NCBI GenBank assembly: GCA_030390025.1 | Contig: JASTWF010000324.1 | Span: 434,001-498,000, forward strand | Length of the DNA: 64,000 nucleotides | DNA from: Squalus acanthias | Lineage: Eukaryota | Reading direction: 5' to 3' | In this document: piece by piece, positions 31,832-45,760 of the stretch | Position numbering within the stretch: position 1 is the first letter of the stretch | How the letters are laid out: each line of letters starts with the position of its first letter | Program-made: the position numbers and the translations under genes | Notes under the pieces: generated by a model | Seen by the model: the letters and a program-made list of their open reading frames with translations, nothing else | Databases searched by the model: none | Told to the model about the DNA's origin: nothing

Positions 31832-32617
31832 TAATCCTGCAGTCCCAGGCCTCACTGTGGCCTGACTCTAATCCTGCAGTCCCAGACCTCACTGCGGCCT
31901 GACTCTAATCCTGCAGTCCCAGGCCTCACTGCGGCCTGACTCTAATGCTGCAGTCCCAGGCCTCACTGCAGCCTGACTCTAATCCTGCAGTCCCAGGCCT
32001 CATTGTGGCCTGACTCTAATGCTGCAGTCCCAGCCCTCACTGCGGCCTGACTCTAATCCTGCAGTCCCAGCCCTCACTGCGGCCTGACTCTAATCCTGCA
32101 GTCCCAGCCCTCACTGCGGCCTGACTCTAATCCTGCAGTCCCAGCCCTCACTGCGGCCTGACTCTAATCCTGCAGTCCCAGCCCTCACTGTGGCCTGACT
32201 CTAATCCTGCAGTCCCAGGCCTCGCTGTGGCCTGACTCTAATCCTGCAGTCCCAGGCCTCACTGTGGCCTGACTCTAATCCTGCAGTCCCAGGCCTCACT
32301 GTGGCCTGACTCTAATCCTGCAGTCCCAGGCCTCACTGCGGCCTGACTCTAATCCTGCAGTCCCAGGCCTCACTGTGGCCTGACTCTAATCCTGCAGTCC
32401 CAGGCCTCACTGTGGCCTGACTCTAATCCTGCAGTCCCAGGCCTCACTGCGGCCTGACTCTAATCCTGCAGTCCCAGGCCTCACTGTGGCCTGACTCTAA
32501 TCCTGCAGTCCCAGGCATCACTGTGGCCTGACTCTAATCCTGCAGTCCCAGGCCTCACTGCAGCCTGACTCTAATCCTACAGTCCCAGGCCTCGCTGCGG
32601 TCTGACTCTAATCCTGC
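31832..32617 (+). repeat. 37-bp minisatellite, about 21 units
   Basis: TAATCCTGCAGTCCCAGGCCTCACTGTGGCCTGACTC. Confidence 0.95.
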
Positions 32618-33395
32618 CGACTATGCTTTTGCCCTGCTAATCCAGTTTATTTTCAATTCTGTACTAAAATGGAGACTTTGGCATTTATTTGAAGTTGCAA
32701 AATGGAAAAATTAGTTTGAACAGCTGGGACTGGTTGGGGGTCTGGGAGAAACTTTCTCTTCATCTGTCTCCATCAGGCTGCCCTTCGACCTGCTCCTAAA
32801 CCCGAGGCTTAAATCTAAGCTACTCTGTGTCTTTAGTGCTGAATAGACGTGTTTAGTCAGTCTCAGTCAGGAGAGTGTTAATGAAATCGGGGATATCTGT
32901 GAGTCTGCCAGGCACTGGGTGGATATCTGATCCAGTCCCTGCACAGATTTTTATTTTATTAAGGAATTACCAGATGCTGTTTGCGTCGGCTAGTTCCAGT
33001 CACCCAGCATGGAAGCAAGTGCCTGATTGGCTCGCACTGATGGGACGGGGAATGGCGAGGCCAAGTGTGCGTATCATGTGATCTTCGGGCATGAGCAAAC
33101 AGCCCCGCAATTAGCGAAGGAATTCCCTCCCAACAGATGAATGTCCCAGCAGTTGGGGCGCACAAAGGATGTGCTGTCAATAAGGCAAACACGAGGTTAT
33201 CGATTACATTCCTTCTCTTTTTTTTGTTCCTTTCCTTTTCCCGTTCTCCGTTATCGAACTTTCAGTATCGTTGGGCTTCTCTTTTCTTCCCATTCTCCTT
33301 CTCCTTCCTCTTGCTCGAAGATTACATGCTGGGGGCTCCTTCCCTCAGGCACCAGCTGTCCTCGCACATTTGGCCACTCTTGGTGTGGGTGTTGA

Positions 33396-35400
33396 AGCCA
33401 TGGCTCAGTGGGCAGCACTCTCGCCTCTGAGTCAGAAGGTTGTGGGTTCAAGTCCCACTCCAGAGACTTGAGCACAAAATCCAGGCCAACACTCCAGTGC
33501 AGTACTGAGGGAACGCCGCACTGTCGAAGGGGCAGTACTGAGGGAGTGCCGCACTGTCGGAGGGGCAGTACTGAGGGAGTGCTGCACTGTCGAAGGGTCA
33601 GTACTGAGGGAGTGCCGCACTGTCGGAGGGGCAGTACTGAGGGAGCGCCGCACTGTCGGAGGGGCAGTACTGAGGGAGTGCTGCACTGTCGAAGGGTCAG
33701 TACTGAGGGAGTGCCGCACTGTCGGAGGGGCAGTACTGAGGGAGTGCCGCACTGTCGGAGGGGCAGTACTGAGGGAGTGCTGCACAGTCGGAGGGGCAGT
33801 ACTGAGGGAGCGCCGCACTGTCGAAGGGGCAGTACTGAGGGAGCGCTGCACTGTCGGAGGGGCAGTACTGAGGGAGTGCTGCATTGTCGAAGGGGCAGTA
33901 CTGAGGGAGCGCTGCACTGTCGAAGGGGCAGTACTGAGGGAGCGCTGCACTGTCGGAGGGGCAGTACTGAGAGAGCGCTGCACTGTCGGAGGGTCAGTAC
34001 TGAGGGAGTGCTGCATTGTCGAAGGGGCAGTACTGAGGGAGCGCTGCACTGTCGAAGGGGCAGTACTGAGGGAGCGCTGCACTGTCGGAGGGGCAGTACT
34101 GAGGGAGTGCTGCATTGTCGGAGGGACAGTGCTGAGGGAGTGCTGCACTGTCGGAGGGTCAGTACTGAGGGAGTGCCGCACTGTCGAAGGGTCAGTACTG
34201 AGGGAGCGCTGCACTGTCGGAGGGGCAGTACTGAGGGAGTGCTGCACTGTCGGAGGGGCAGTACTGAGGGAGTGCTGCACTGTCGGAGGGGCAGTACTGA
34301 GGGAGTGCTGCACTGTCGGAGGGGCAGTACTGAGGGAGCGCTGCACTGTCGGAGGGGCAGTACTGAGGGAGTGCTGCACTGTCGGAGGGGCAGTACTGAG
34401 GGAGCGCTGCACTGTCGGAGGGGCAGTACTGAGGGAGTGCTGCACTGTCGGAGGGGCAGTACTGAGGGAGCGCTGCACTGTCGGAGGGGCAGTACTGAGG
34501 GAGCGCCGCACTGTCGGAGGGGCAGTACTGAGGAAGCGCTGCACTGTCGGAGGGGCAGTACTGAGGGAGCGCCGCACTGTCGGAGGGGCAGTACTGAGGG
34601 AGTGCTGCACTGTCGGAGGGGCAGTACTGAGGGAGCGCTGCACTGTCGGAGGGGCAGTACTGAGGGAGCGCCGCACTGTCGGCGGGGCAGTACTGAGGGA
34701 GCGCTGCACTGTCGGAGAGGCAGTACTGAGGGAGTGCTGCACTGTCGGAGGGGCAGTACTGAGGGAGCGCCGCACTGTCGGAGGGGCAGTACTGAGGGAG
34801 CGCCGCACTGTCGGAGGGGCAGTACTGAGGGAGGGCTGCACTGTCGGAGGGGCAGTACTGAGGGAGCGCTGCACTGTCGGAGGGGCAGAACTGAGGGAGC
34901 GCCGCACTGTCGGAGGGGCAGTACTGAGGGAGCACTGCACTGTCGGAGGGGCAGTACTCAGGGAGCGCTGCACTGTCGGAGAGGCAGTACTGAGGGAGCG
35001 CTGCACTGTCGGAAGGGCAGTACTGAGGGAGCGCTGCACTGTCGGAGGAGCAGTACTGAGGGAGCGCTGCACTGTCGGAGGAGCAGTCTTTCGGATGAGA
35101 CGTTAAACCGAGGCCCCGTCTGCTCTCTCAGTTGGATATAAAAGATCCGACGGCCACTATTTCGAAGAAGAGCACGGGAATTCTCCCCGGTGTCCTGGGG
35201 CCCTCAAGCAACATCACTAAAACAGATTTTCTGGTCATTATCACATTGCTGTTTGTGGGACCTTGCTGTGCGCAAATTGGCTGCCGCGTTTCCTACTCTA
35301 CAACAGTGACTACACTTCAGAAGTACTTCATTGGCTGTAAAGTGCTTTGGGGCATCCTGTGGTTGTTATTAGATGCTATAGAAAGGCCAGTTATTTCTTT
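33396..35400 (+). mobile_element. Deu-domain SINE with an internal tandem expansion
   Basis: A box TGGCTCAGTGG, B box GGTTCAAGTCC, GGATGAGACGTTAAACCGAGG..CCCCGGTGTCCTGG core, same tail as other copies. Confidence 0.8.
33498..35087 (+). repeat. 33-bp minisatellite derived from the SINE body, about 48 units
   Basis: GTACTGAGGGAGCGCTGCACTGTCGGAGGGGCA. Confidence 0.95.
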
Positions 35401-35634
35401 TGAATCCAGTTATATCTGGGGACATCACAGTTGAGCCTGAATCCAATCATCATCTGACACACACATGCACCTTTCAGCAAGGGTGATTAGATGGTGACCA
35501 GCAGCAGGAACCCTGGCTGATGTTGTTCCCTTCCCTCGCCCAGCATTGTTGGGGCCAATTGTAGCTCCCTAACCGCCACCCTCGATGAAATCAGTTGACT
35601 ACAGGACCAAATCTGGAACCTTCCTAGTCTCCTA

Positions 35635-36075
35635 TCTCGCACCAAGTTCCGTTCACCCATCACCTGCTGTGCTCGCTGACCTACACTGGCTCCCGGTCCG
35701 GCAACACCTCGATTTTTCAAATTCTCATCACAGTTTTCATGTCCCTCCATTGCCTCGCCCCACCCTATCTCTGTAATCTCCTCCAGCCCTGGAACCCTTC
35801 GAGATATCTGTGCTCCTATTTTCCTTTTTCCCCAGAGCCTTGCAAATTTTTCCTTTTCAAGTATTTATCCAATTCTCTTTTGAAAGTTACTATTGAATCT
35901 GCTTCCAACGCCCTTTCAGGCAGCACATTCCAGATCACAACAACTCGCTGCGTAAAAACAATTTCTCCTCATCTCCTTCTCTGGTTCTTGGGCCAAGTAT
36001 CTTCAATCTGTGTCCTCTGGTTACCGACCCTCCTGCCACTGGAAACAGCTTCTCCTGATTTATTCTATCAAAACT
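35635..36075. mobile_element. L2-like fragment (+) abutting a CR1 3' fragment (-)
   Basis: 35635-35815 matches 42768-42960; the remainder matches the reverse complement of CR1 3' sequence at 57040-57260. Confidence 0.7.
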
Positions 36076-37214
36076 CCTTAAGATATGAAAAGATGCTAAG
36101 CAAATGCAGGTTTGTGTCTTTGTTTCTGAAACTCTGCTTTAAATAAATAAAACTTTGCAGAGAATAATATGTTGATAATTTCAATACAACCATAAGGGAA
36201 AAATTACCTCCATTTTAGTTGAATAAACTTTTTAAAATATTTTAAAGGACAGAAAATTCTTGGGGGTGAGGAAGTTGCCGGAATCCTGGGGACAATCCTG
36301 CGGCCGAGGAGAGAGGCTCCCAGAGTAGGAGTTAGTGGCCTTACCCCGTTGGACACACTTGCACCAGAAGAGCTGCTCCCAGTCCCAGCTCATCCTCAAC
36401 TGCTCGCTCCTCACAATCCCTCGTGTGACGGACAAATGAGCCCAGTGAGACACAGGGGCTTCCATCAAATTCCTGCCCCATCAGAGAGGGTCTTATCGTT
36501 TACAGGGGTCTCACCATCAGGAGCCCATCAAAGAGCGAGAGAATTTCATCATAACCCTCGTTAGAGAGTGAGAGAAATTCCTCATCATGAACCGCTCTTA
36601 AAAGGAGAAGGCAGTTACATCATCTGAACATAGCGATGATATGAGAGATCAATCTATCTGGTCCGTGTTAAGCATTAGAAAGGGACTGTTCCCCATTTTG
36701 GAGTTTATTTTTGATGCTCGTCCAATGAAGAGGAGTTAGATGAAGGGAGAGGTATAGGAATTGGAAAAAAATTGGACAAACAAGAGTGCCACAATAATCA
36801 TTGAGTTTAATTATACAAATATAGACTGAGGTAAGAGTAATGTCCAGATGGAGAAGGCAGGTGTCCTCCAGAGGTCAATGTTGGGACCATTGCTGTTCTT
36901 CACGAGGCTTGCGGGACTGTGAAGAGGGCTGGAAGTGACTCCAGGTGCACAGAGACTGGTGAGTGGATTGGGCAGTAAGATGTCAGACTGCAGTACAACT
37001 GAACGACAGAGCCGCAGCCAATCATACAAAGAGGATGTCGGGAAAGATTTATTTCGGGAGCACACGATGACACGAAGAATCACGAAGAATAAGTGACGGT
37101 GTCAGTCACAACAGAAATCATCACTGTTCAATATCAGCACTCGAGGGGTTAAAATTTTGTAATATCATTGATCCCTCGCGAGGACTCATCCAATCTCATA
37201 GCACAGTTAAAACC

Positions 37215-38608
37215 TGTCTACCCCGTGCTGTACCTGCCCTAGGACTGTCAGATGGGACAGTGTAGAGGGAGCTTTACTCTGTATCTAACCCGTGCTGTAC
37301 CTGCCCTGGGAGTGTTTGATGGGGCAGTGTAGAGGGAGCTTTACTCCGTATCTAACCCGTGCTGTACCTGCCCTGGGAGTGTTTGATGGGACAGTGTCGA
37401 GGGAGATTTACTCTGTATCTAACCCGTGCTGTACCTGCCCTGGGAGTGTTTGATGGGACAGTGTAGAGGGAGCTTTACTCTGTATCTAACCCGTGCTGTA
37501 TCTGCCCTGGGACTGTTTGATGGGACAGTGTAGAGGGAGCTTTACTCTGTATCTAACCCGTGCTGTACATGCCCTGGGAGTGTTTGATGGAACAGTGCAG
37601 AGGAATGTTTACTCTGTATCTAACCCGTGCTGTACCTGCCCTGGGAGTGTTTGATGGGACAGTGTAGAGGGAGCTTTACTTTGTATCTAACCCCGTGCTG
37701 TACCTGCCCTGGGAGTGTTTGATGGGACAGTGTAGAGGGAGCTTTACTCTGTATCTAACCCGTGCTGTATCTGCCCTGGGACTGTTTGATGGGACAGTGT
37801 AGAGGGAGCTTTACTCTGTATCTAACCCGTGCTGTACATGCCCTGGGAGTGTTTGATGGAACAGTGCAGAGGAAGGTTTACTCTGTATCTAACCCATGCT
37901 GTACCTGCCCTGGGAGTGTTTGATGGGACAGTGTAGAGGGAGCTTTACTTTGTATCTAACCCCGTGCTGTACCTGCCCTGGGAGTGTTTGATGGGACAGT
38001 GTAGAGGGAGCTTTACTCTGTATCTAACCTGTGCTGTACCTGCCCTGGGAGTGTTTGATGGGGACAGTGTAGAGGGAGCTGTACTCTGCATCTAACCCGT
38101 CCTGTACCTGCCCTGGGAGTGTTTGATGGGACAGTGTAGAGGGAGCTTTATTCTGTATCTAACCCGTGCTGTACCTGCCCTGGGAGTGTTTGATGGGACA
38201 GTGCAGAGGGAGCTTTACCCTGTATCTAACCCATGCTGTACCTGCCCTGGGAGTGTTTGACGGGACAGTGTAGAGGGAGCATTACTCTGTATCTAACGCC
38301 CGCTGTACCTGCCCTGGGAGTGTTTGATGGGACAGTATAGAGGGAGCTTTACTCTGTATCTAACCGGTGCTGTACCTGCCCTGGGAATGTTTGATGGGAC
38401 AGTGTAGAGGGAGCTTTACTCTGTATCTAACCCGTGCTGTACCTGTCCTGGGAGTGTTTGATGGGACAGTGTAGGGGGAGCTTTACTCTGTATCTAATCC
38501 GTGCTGTACCTGCCCTGGGAGTGTTTGATGGGACAGTGTAGAGGGAGCTTTACTCTGTATCTAACCCGTGCTGTACCTGCCCTGGGACTGTTTGATAGGA
38601 CAGTGTAA
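37215..38608 (+). repeat. 67-bp satellite, second array
   Basis: Same unit as 836-4083. Confidence 0.96.
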
Positions 38609-39089
38609 ATGCCTTTAAGTTGTTTTGTTGTATTTTACCTCAGTTACGAGACGCTGACACTGCTGTGAGACTTCGTGACCCCCTGGCAGACCGGTCAATG
38701 ACACTCTGCCTCACACTGTTCAGCTACCTTTTGTGAAATGATAATTGAAGTATTGAGAAACCTTGCAACAGAATCTCTGTGCGTGAGCTTCCCCTCAGCT
38801 TCGATGCACAGCACTAATCCACCACAACACAGGATGCACTCGGCAACTTGCTGTGTTGAAAGGGATTCTCGTGTTCCGAGCCTGCTGCCCAGGTGTGTCT
38901 GGGTAGCTCGATGGTAAATATATTGCCAGGTTCAGGAGTGGCCCTGGTCTGTTGTGAGTTAGCTGATGTTAGCTGGAGAGGATTTAAAGGACCAGAAAGA
39001 ACATTTTACCATCAGACTGCTGCTCATTGTGACTTGTTTTAACATCAGTCTAATCCTAAAGTATTCACTGTAATCTGTATCAGTGAGTC

Positions 39090-40064
39090 AGTCACACTCA
39101 CACACACACAGACAGACACACACACAGAACACACAGAGACACACACAGATCACACAGACACACAGACACACACACAGAACACACACACAGACACACAGAT
39201 ACACACACAGAACACACAGACACACTCACACACACACAGACACACAGATACACACACAGAACACACAGACACACACACTCACACACACACAGACAGACAC
39301 ACACACAGAACACACAGAGACACACACAGATCACACAGACACACAGACACACACACAGAACACACACACACACACAGACACACAGATACACACACAGAAC
39401 ACACAGACACACTCACACACACACAGACACACAGATACACACACAGAACACACAGACACACACACACACGCACAGACACACAGACACACACACAGAACAC
39501 ACAGACACACTCACACACACACAGACACACAGACACACACACAGAACACACAGACACACACACACACACACACAGACACACAGATACACACACAGACACA
39601 CTCACACACACAGACACTCACACACACACTCATACACAAACACAGACACTCACACACATACACACAGACACACACACAGACACACACACACAGACACACA
39701 CACAGAACACACAGACACACTCACACACACACACATACACACAGACACACAGACACACAGACACACACACACACAGACACACACACAGACACACACACAC
39801 TCACACATACACACACAGACACTCACACACATACACACAGACACACTCACACACAGACAGACACACAGACACACACACACTCACACTAACACACAGACAC
39901 ACACACACAGACACACACACATACACAGAGACACACACACACACAGACACACAGACACACTCACACACACAGACACACAGACACACTCACACACACAGAC
40001 ACACAGACACACTCACACACACAGACACACACACACGCACAGACACACAGATACACACACACAG
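39090..40064. repeat. (CA)n/(CAGA) microsatellite
   Basis: Direct reading. Confidence 0.95.
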
Positions 40065-40589
40065 AAGCTCGACCTCAGTCTTGCAGTAAAGTAATTCAAT
40101 CCCCTGTCCTGCTTTGACACAGTAAGGAGCAGAGCTAAAAGCTCAGGCATGCCTCTGATACACAAATACACCTTAACAGGCATGACAGTCTTTTCCTCAT
40201 AACCCATCACTGATTTTAATAGAGATATATGCAGATTTATTGCAGTAATTTGTAAGATGTATTCCCTCTCCCTCCGGTTTCTGTAGGTTTCGGCCTCGCC
40301 TTCAGATCAGTGAGTGGCGTTTGCTGATTGCGATGTGGTGAAGAGATGAATCTCTGGGCTCCAGCAGCCTGAGTTGAGTTGTTTTGTTCCCTTGTCTTTC
40401 CCACTCTCTTCCCCTCAGCTGGTGAAGGTGCCATCAGTTCCGTGGGCACTGGATTCCCCCACCCAACCTGAGAGTCCAGATAGTCAGTTCAGCAGGCTGT
40501 GTATTCATAGGAGGCTAAACCCAATCCTCTCCTCACCCAACACCCACACACACGCAGGGCTCCCCAGATAAGTAGAAAGAAACAAGCAA

Positions 40590-41745
40590 ACCGATGCCCA
40601 GCTTGGGTTCCGCAAGGACCACTCGGCTCCAGACCACATTACAGCCTTGGTCCAAACATGGACAAAAGAGCTCAATTCTAGAGGTGAGGTGAGAGTGACT
40701 GCCCTTGACATCAAGTAAAATTGAAGTCAATGGGAATCAGGGGAAAAACTCTCCACTGGCTGGAGTCATACTTGGCACAAAGGAAGATGGAGGCCAATCA
40801 TCTCAGCCTCAAGACATCGCTGCAGGAGTTCCTCAGGGCAGTAACCTAGCCGAACCATCTTCAGCTGCTTCATCCAAGACCTTCCCTCCATCATAAGGTC
40901 AGAAGTGGGGCTATTCGTTGATGATTGCACAGTGTTCAGTTCCATTCGCAATTCCTCAGATAATGAAGCAGTCTGTGCCCGCATGCAGCAAGACCTGGAC
41001 AACATTTAGGCTTGGGCTGATAAGTAGCAGGTAAAATTCATGCCACACAATTGCCAGGCAATGATTATCTCCAACAAGCGAGAGTCTAACCACTGCCCCT
41101 TGACATTCAATGGCATTACCATTGCCGAATCCCCCACCATCAACATCCTGGGGGTCACCATTGACCAGAAACTCAACTAGACCAGCCACATAAATGCCAT
41201 GGCTACTAGAGCAGGTCAGAGGCTGGGTATTCTGCGGCAAGTGTTTCACTTCCTGACCCCCCAAAGCATCTCCACCACCTAAAAGGCAGTGATGAAATGC
41301 TCTCCACTTGCCTGGAGGGGTGCAGCTCCAATAACACTCAAGGACCTCGACACCATTCATGACAAAGCAATCCACCACCTTAAACATCCACTTCCTCTGC
41401 CACCAGCGTACCGTGGCTGCAGTGTGTACATCTACAAGGCTTCTTCGGCAGCACCTCCCAAACCTGTGACCTCTACCACCTAGAAGGACAAGGGCAGCAG
41501 GCACATGGGAACACCACCACCTCCAAGTTCCCCTCCAAGTCACACACCATCCTGACTCAGAAGTATATCGCCGATCCTTCATCGTCGCTGGGTCAAAATC
41601 CTGGAACTCCCTCCCTAACAGCACTGTGGGAGCACCTTCACCACACGGACTGCAGCGGTTCAAGAAGGCGGTTCACCACCACCTTCTCAAGGGCAATTAG
41701 GGATGGGCAATAAATGCTGGCCTTGCCAGCGATGCCCAGATCCCC
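40590..41745 (+). mobile_element. Degraded non-LTR retrotransposon RT/3' fragment (CR1/L2 group)
   Basis: AGVPQGS remnant; 3' end matches 51750-52120. Confidence 0.7.
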
Positions 41746-41779
41746 AGAAAGCTACAATAATTTATACAGGACCTCATTG

Positions 41780-41990
41780 TATCTCAAAGCACTTTTCAAG
41801 GGAAAAATTACTTTTAAAGAGCAAAACAAAGTCCCCAACAGCAAATCAGGTGACTGAGCAGTGAGTCTGTTTTTAGTTGAGGGAGGAATGTTGGCCAGGA
41901 CACTGGGAGAGCTCCTTGCTCATCTTCCAATAGTGGCCGTGGGATCTTTAACATCCACCTGAGAGGGCAGGTGGGGCGTCGATTCAGAGT
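41780..41990 (-). mobile_element. Deu-domain SINE fragment
   Basis: Reverse complement of the SINE core (TGGCCAGGACAC..GGGATCTTTAACATCCACCTGAGAG). Confidence 0.65.
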
Positions 41991-42009
41991 TGGCACCACT
42001 AACAATAGA

Positions 42010-43200
42010 GTCCTCTCTGTCTGCAGCCTTTGACACGGTTGACCACTCCATCCTCCTCCAACACCTCTCTACCGTCGTCCAGCTGGGTGGGACTGCACTC
42101 GCCTGGTTCCATTCCTATCGATCCAGCCATAGCCAGAGAATCACCTGCAATGGCTTCTCTTCCCGCTCCCACATCGTTACCTCTGGTGTCCCCCAAGGAT
42201 CTATCCTTGACCCCCTCCTATTTCTCATCTGCCCTTTGCCCCTCGCGACATCATCTGAATACACGACATCAGTTTCCACATGTACGCTGATGACACCCAG
42301 CTCTACCTCACCACCACTTCTCTCGACCCCTCCACGATCTCTAAATTGTCAGACTATTTAGCCGACATCCAGTACTGGATGAGCAGAAATTTTCTCCAAT
42401 TAAATATTGGGGAGACCGAAGCCATTGATTTCGGTCCCCACCACAAACTCTGTTCCCTAGTCACTGACTCCATCCCTCTCCCTAACATCTGTCTGAGGCT
42501 GAACCACACTGTTCACAACCTTGGCATCATATTTGACCCTGAAATGAGCTTCCGACCACATATCCGCAGCATAACAAAGACCGCCTACTTCCACCTCCGT
42601 AACATCGCCCGTCTCCACCCTTGCCTCAGCTCATCCGCTGCTGAAACCCTCATCCATGCCTTTATTTCCTCTAGACTTGACTATTCCAACGCAGTCCTGG
42701 CCGGCCTCCCACATTCTACCCTACGTAAGCTTGAGCTCATCCAAAACTCGGCTGACCGTGTCCTAACTCGCACCAAGTCCCGTTCACCCATCACCCCTGT
42801 GCTCGCTGACCTACACTGGCTCCCGTTTAAGAAACGCCTCAAGTTTAAAATTCTCATCCTTGTTTTCAAATCCCTCCATGACCTCACCCCTCCCCTTTCT
42901 CTGTCACCTCCTCCAGCCCCACAACCCCCCGAGACATCTGCGCTCCTCCAATTCTGGCCTCTTGTGGATTCCCGATTTCCATCGCTCCACCATTGGTGGC
43001 CGAGCCTGGGCCCTAAGCTCTGGAATTCCCTCCCTAAACCTCTCCGCCTCTCTCTCCTCCTTTAAGACACTCCTTAAACCCTGCCTCTTTGACCAAGCTT
43101 TTGGTCACCTGTCCTAATATCTCCTTGACGCTCCATAGTTCTGTGTCAGATTGTGATTGATAATGGTCCTGTGAAGCGCCTTCGGATATTTTACAACGTT
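42010..43200 (+). mobile_element. L2-like LINE RT/3' fragment
   Basis: SAAFDTVDH, GVPQGSIL, YADDTQLY, SRLDYSN, ITPVLADLHWLP with frameshifts. Confidence 0.88.
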
Positions 43201-43480
43201 AAAGTTCCAGAATTTTGACCCAGCAACTAGGATACTGCACTAGAGTGTCTACCTATGAGCTCAGTTCCTGGACTGGGACTTGAAACCAAATCGTTAGGGC
43301 TCAGAGAGAGGAACACTATCAGTTCAACCACATGGTAGAGGACAGGAGTGGGAGCCCTGGTTGATTTTTCCCATCCTTAGCTTGGAGAAACCCTAACTAG
43401 TGCCAAGGCTGAGATCAGCTGACACCGCTAAGACAACCTTCAACCCCATGCGTCAGTAAATAACTCGAGAGCGCACACCA

Positions 43481-45033
43481 CTATAATATACACAGGGGCA
43501 GCTATTCTCTATAATATACACAGGGGCTGCTATTCCCTATAATATACACAGGGGCTGCTAATCTCTATAATATACACAGGGGCTGCTATTCTCTGTAATA
43601 TACACAGGGGCTGCTATTCTCTATAATATACACAGGGGCTGCTATTCTCTATAATATACACAGGGGCTGCTATTCTCTATAATATACACAGAGGCTGCTA
43701 TTCTCTATAATATACACAGGGGCTGCTATTCTCTATAATATACACAGGGGCTGCTATTCTCTATAATATACACAGGGGCTGCTATTCTCTATAATATACA
43801 CAGGGGCTGCTATTCCCTATAATATACACAGGGGCTGCTATTCTCTATAATATACACAGGGGCTGCTATTCTCTATAATATACACAGGGGCTGCTATTCC
43901 CTATAATATACACAGGAGCTGCTTTTCTCTATAATATACACAGGGGCTGCTATTCTCTATAATATACACAGGGGCTGCTATTCTCTATAATATACACAGG
44001 GGCTGCTATTCTCTATAATATACACAGGGTCTGCTATTCTCTATAATATACACAGGGGCTGCTATTCCCTATAATATACACAGGGGCTTCTATTCTCTAT
44101 AATATACACAGGGTCTGCTATTCTCTATAATATACACAGGGGCTGCTATTCTCTATAATATACACAGGGGCTGCTATTCTCTATAATATACACAGGGGCT
44201 GCTATTCCCTATAATATACACAGGGGCTTCTATTCTCTATAATATACACAGGGTCTGCTATTCTCTATAATATACACAGGGCTGCTATTCTCTATAATAT
44301 ACACAGGGGCTGCTATTCTCTTTAATATACACAGGGACTGCTATTCCCTATAATATACACAGGGGCTGCTATTCCCTATAATATACACAGGGGCTGCTAT
44401 TCTCTATAATATACACAGGGGCTGCTATTCCCTATAATATACACAGGAGCTGCTATTCTCTATAATATACACAGGGGCTGCTATTCTCTATAATATACAC
44501 AGGGACTGCTATTCCCTATAATATACACAGGAGCTGCTATTCTCTATAATATACACAGGGGCTGCTATTCTCTATAATATACACAGGGACTGCTATTCCC
44601 TATAATATACACAGGAGCTGCTATTCTCTATAATATACACAGGGGCTGCTATTCTCTATAATATACACAGGGGCTGCTATTTCCTATAATATACACAGGG
44701 GCTGCTATTCTCTATAATATACACAGGGGCTGCTATTTCCTATAATATACACAAGGGCTGCTATTCTCTATAATATACACAGGGGCTGCTATTCTCTATA
44801 ATATACACAGGGGCTGCTATTCTCTATAATATACACAGGGGCTGCTATTCCCTATAATATACACAGGAGCTGCTATTTCCTATAATATACACAAGGGCTG
44901 CTATTCTCTATAATATACACAGGGGCTGCTGTTCTCTATAATATACACAGAGCTGCTATTCTCTATAATATACAAGGGGCTGCTATTCTCTATAATATAC
45001 ACAGGGGCTGCTATTCTCTATAATATACACAGG
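43481..45033 (+). repeat. 28-bp minisatellite, about 55 units
   Basis: CTATAATATACACAGGGGCTGCTATTCT. Confidence 0.96.
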
Positions 45034-45371
45034 TGCGTTAGGGCATCCCAAAGCTCTTTACATCCAATGACGTTGTTTTGAGGTGTTGTTTCTGTTTTAT
45101 TGTATAAAACAGCAGCAAATTTGCGCATAGCAAGGTCCCACAATCAGATAACCGTGATATGACGCGAATTGGTTTGCTAATAACTCGCTGCTTTTACTGT
45201 CAGGACTGCCTGGAAAATTCCGTCAAGGACAAACAAATTAATGTCAGGGTAGACATTGCTGCAAAATGCTTGCTCCCATCAGCGTTCTTGTGAAGTTCCA
45301 TTAACAATATGCAAGTGTCGTACATAACACACATCAGGCCAGTCAGCATCTGGAAAGTATAGAGGTTGGTT

Positions 45372-45760
45372 ATGAGGGGGGATATAATTGAGGTGTATAA
45401 AATTATGAGGGGCTTAGATAGAGTGGATAGGAAGGACCTATTTCCCTCAGCAGAGAGATCAATAACCAGGGGGCAGAGATTTAAAGTAATTGGTCGGAGG
45501 TTTAGAGGGGAGTTGAGGAGAAATCTTTTCACCCAGAGGGTGGTGGGGGTCTGGAACTCACTGCCTGAAAGGGTGGTAGCGGCAGAAACCCTCATCACAT
45601 TTAAACAGTACTTGGATATGCACTTGAAGTGCTGTGACCTACAGGGCTACGGACCAAGAGCTGGAAAGTGGGATGAGGCTGGAGAGCTCTTTGTCGGTCG
45701 GCACAGACACGATGGGCCAAATGGCCTCTTTCCGTGCTGTAAATTTATCTGATTCTATGA
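45372..45760 (+). mobile_element. CR1 3' fragment
   Basis: MRGDIIEVYKIMRG..FTQRVVGVWNSLP; ATTCTATGA tail. Confidence 0.85.

Noticed and set aside
31832..32617. 37-bp palindromic repeats resembling a CRISPR array (also the 33-, 28- and 40-bp arrays)
   Set aside because: Units are head-to-tail with no unique spacers, no cas genes, and the context is eukaryotic
33396..33475. tRNA gene
   Set aside because: A/B boxes belong to the SINE head; no complete cloverleaf
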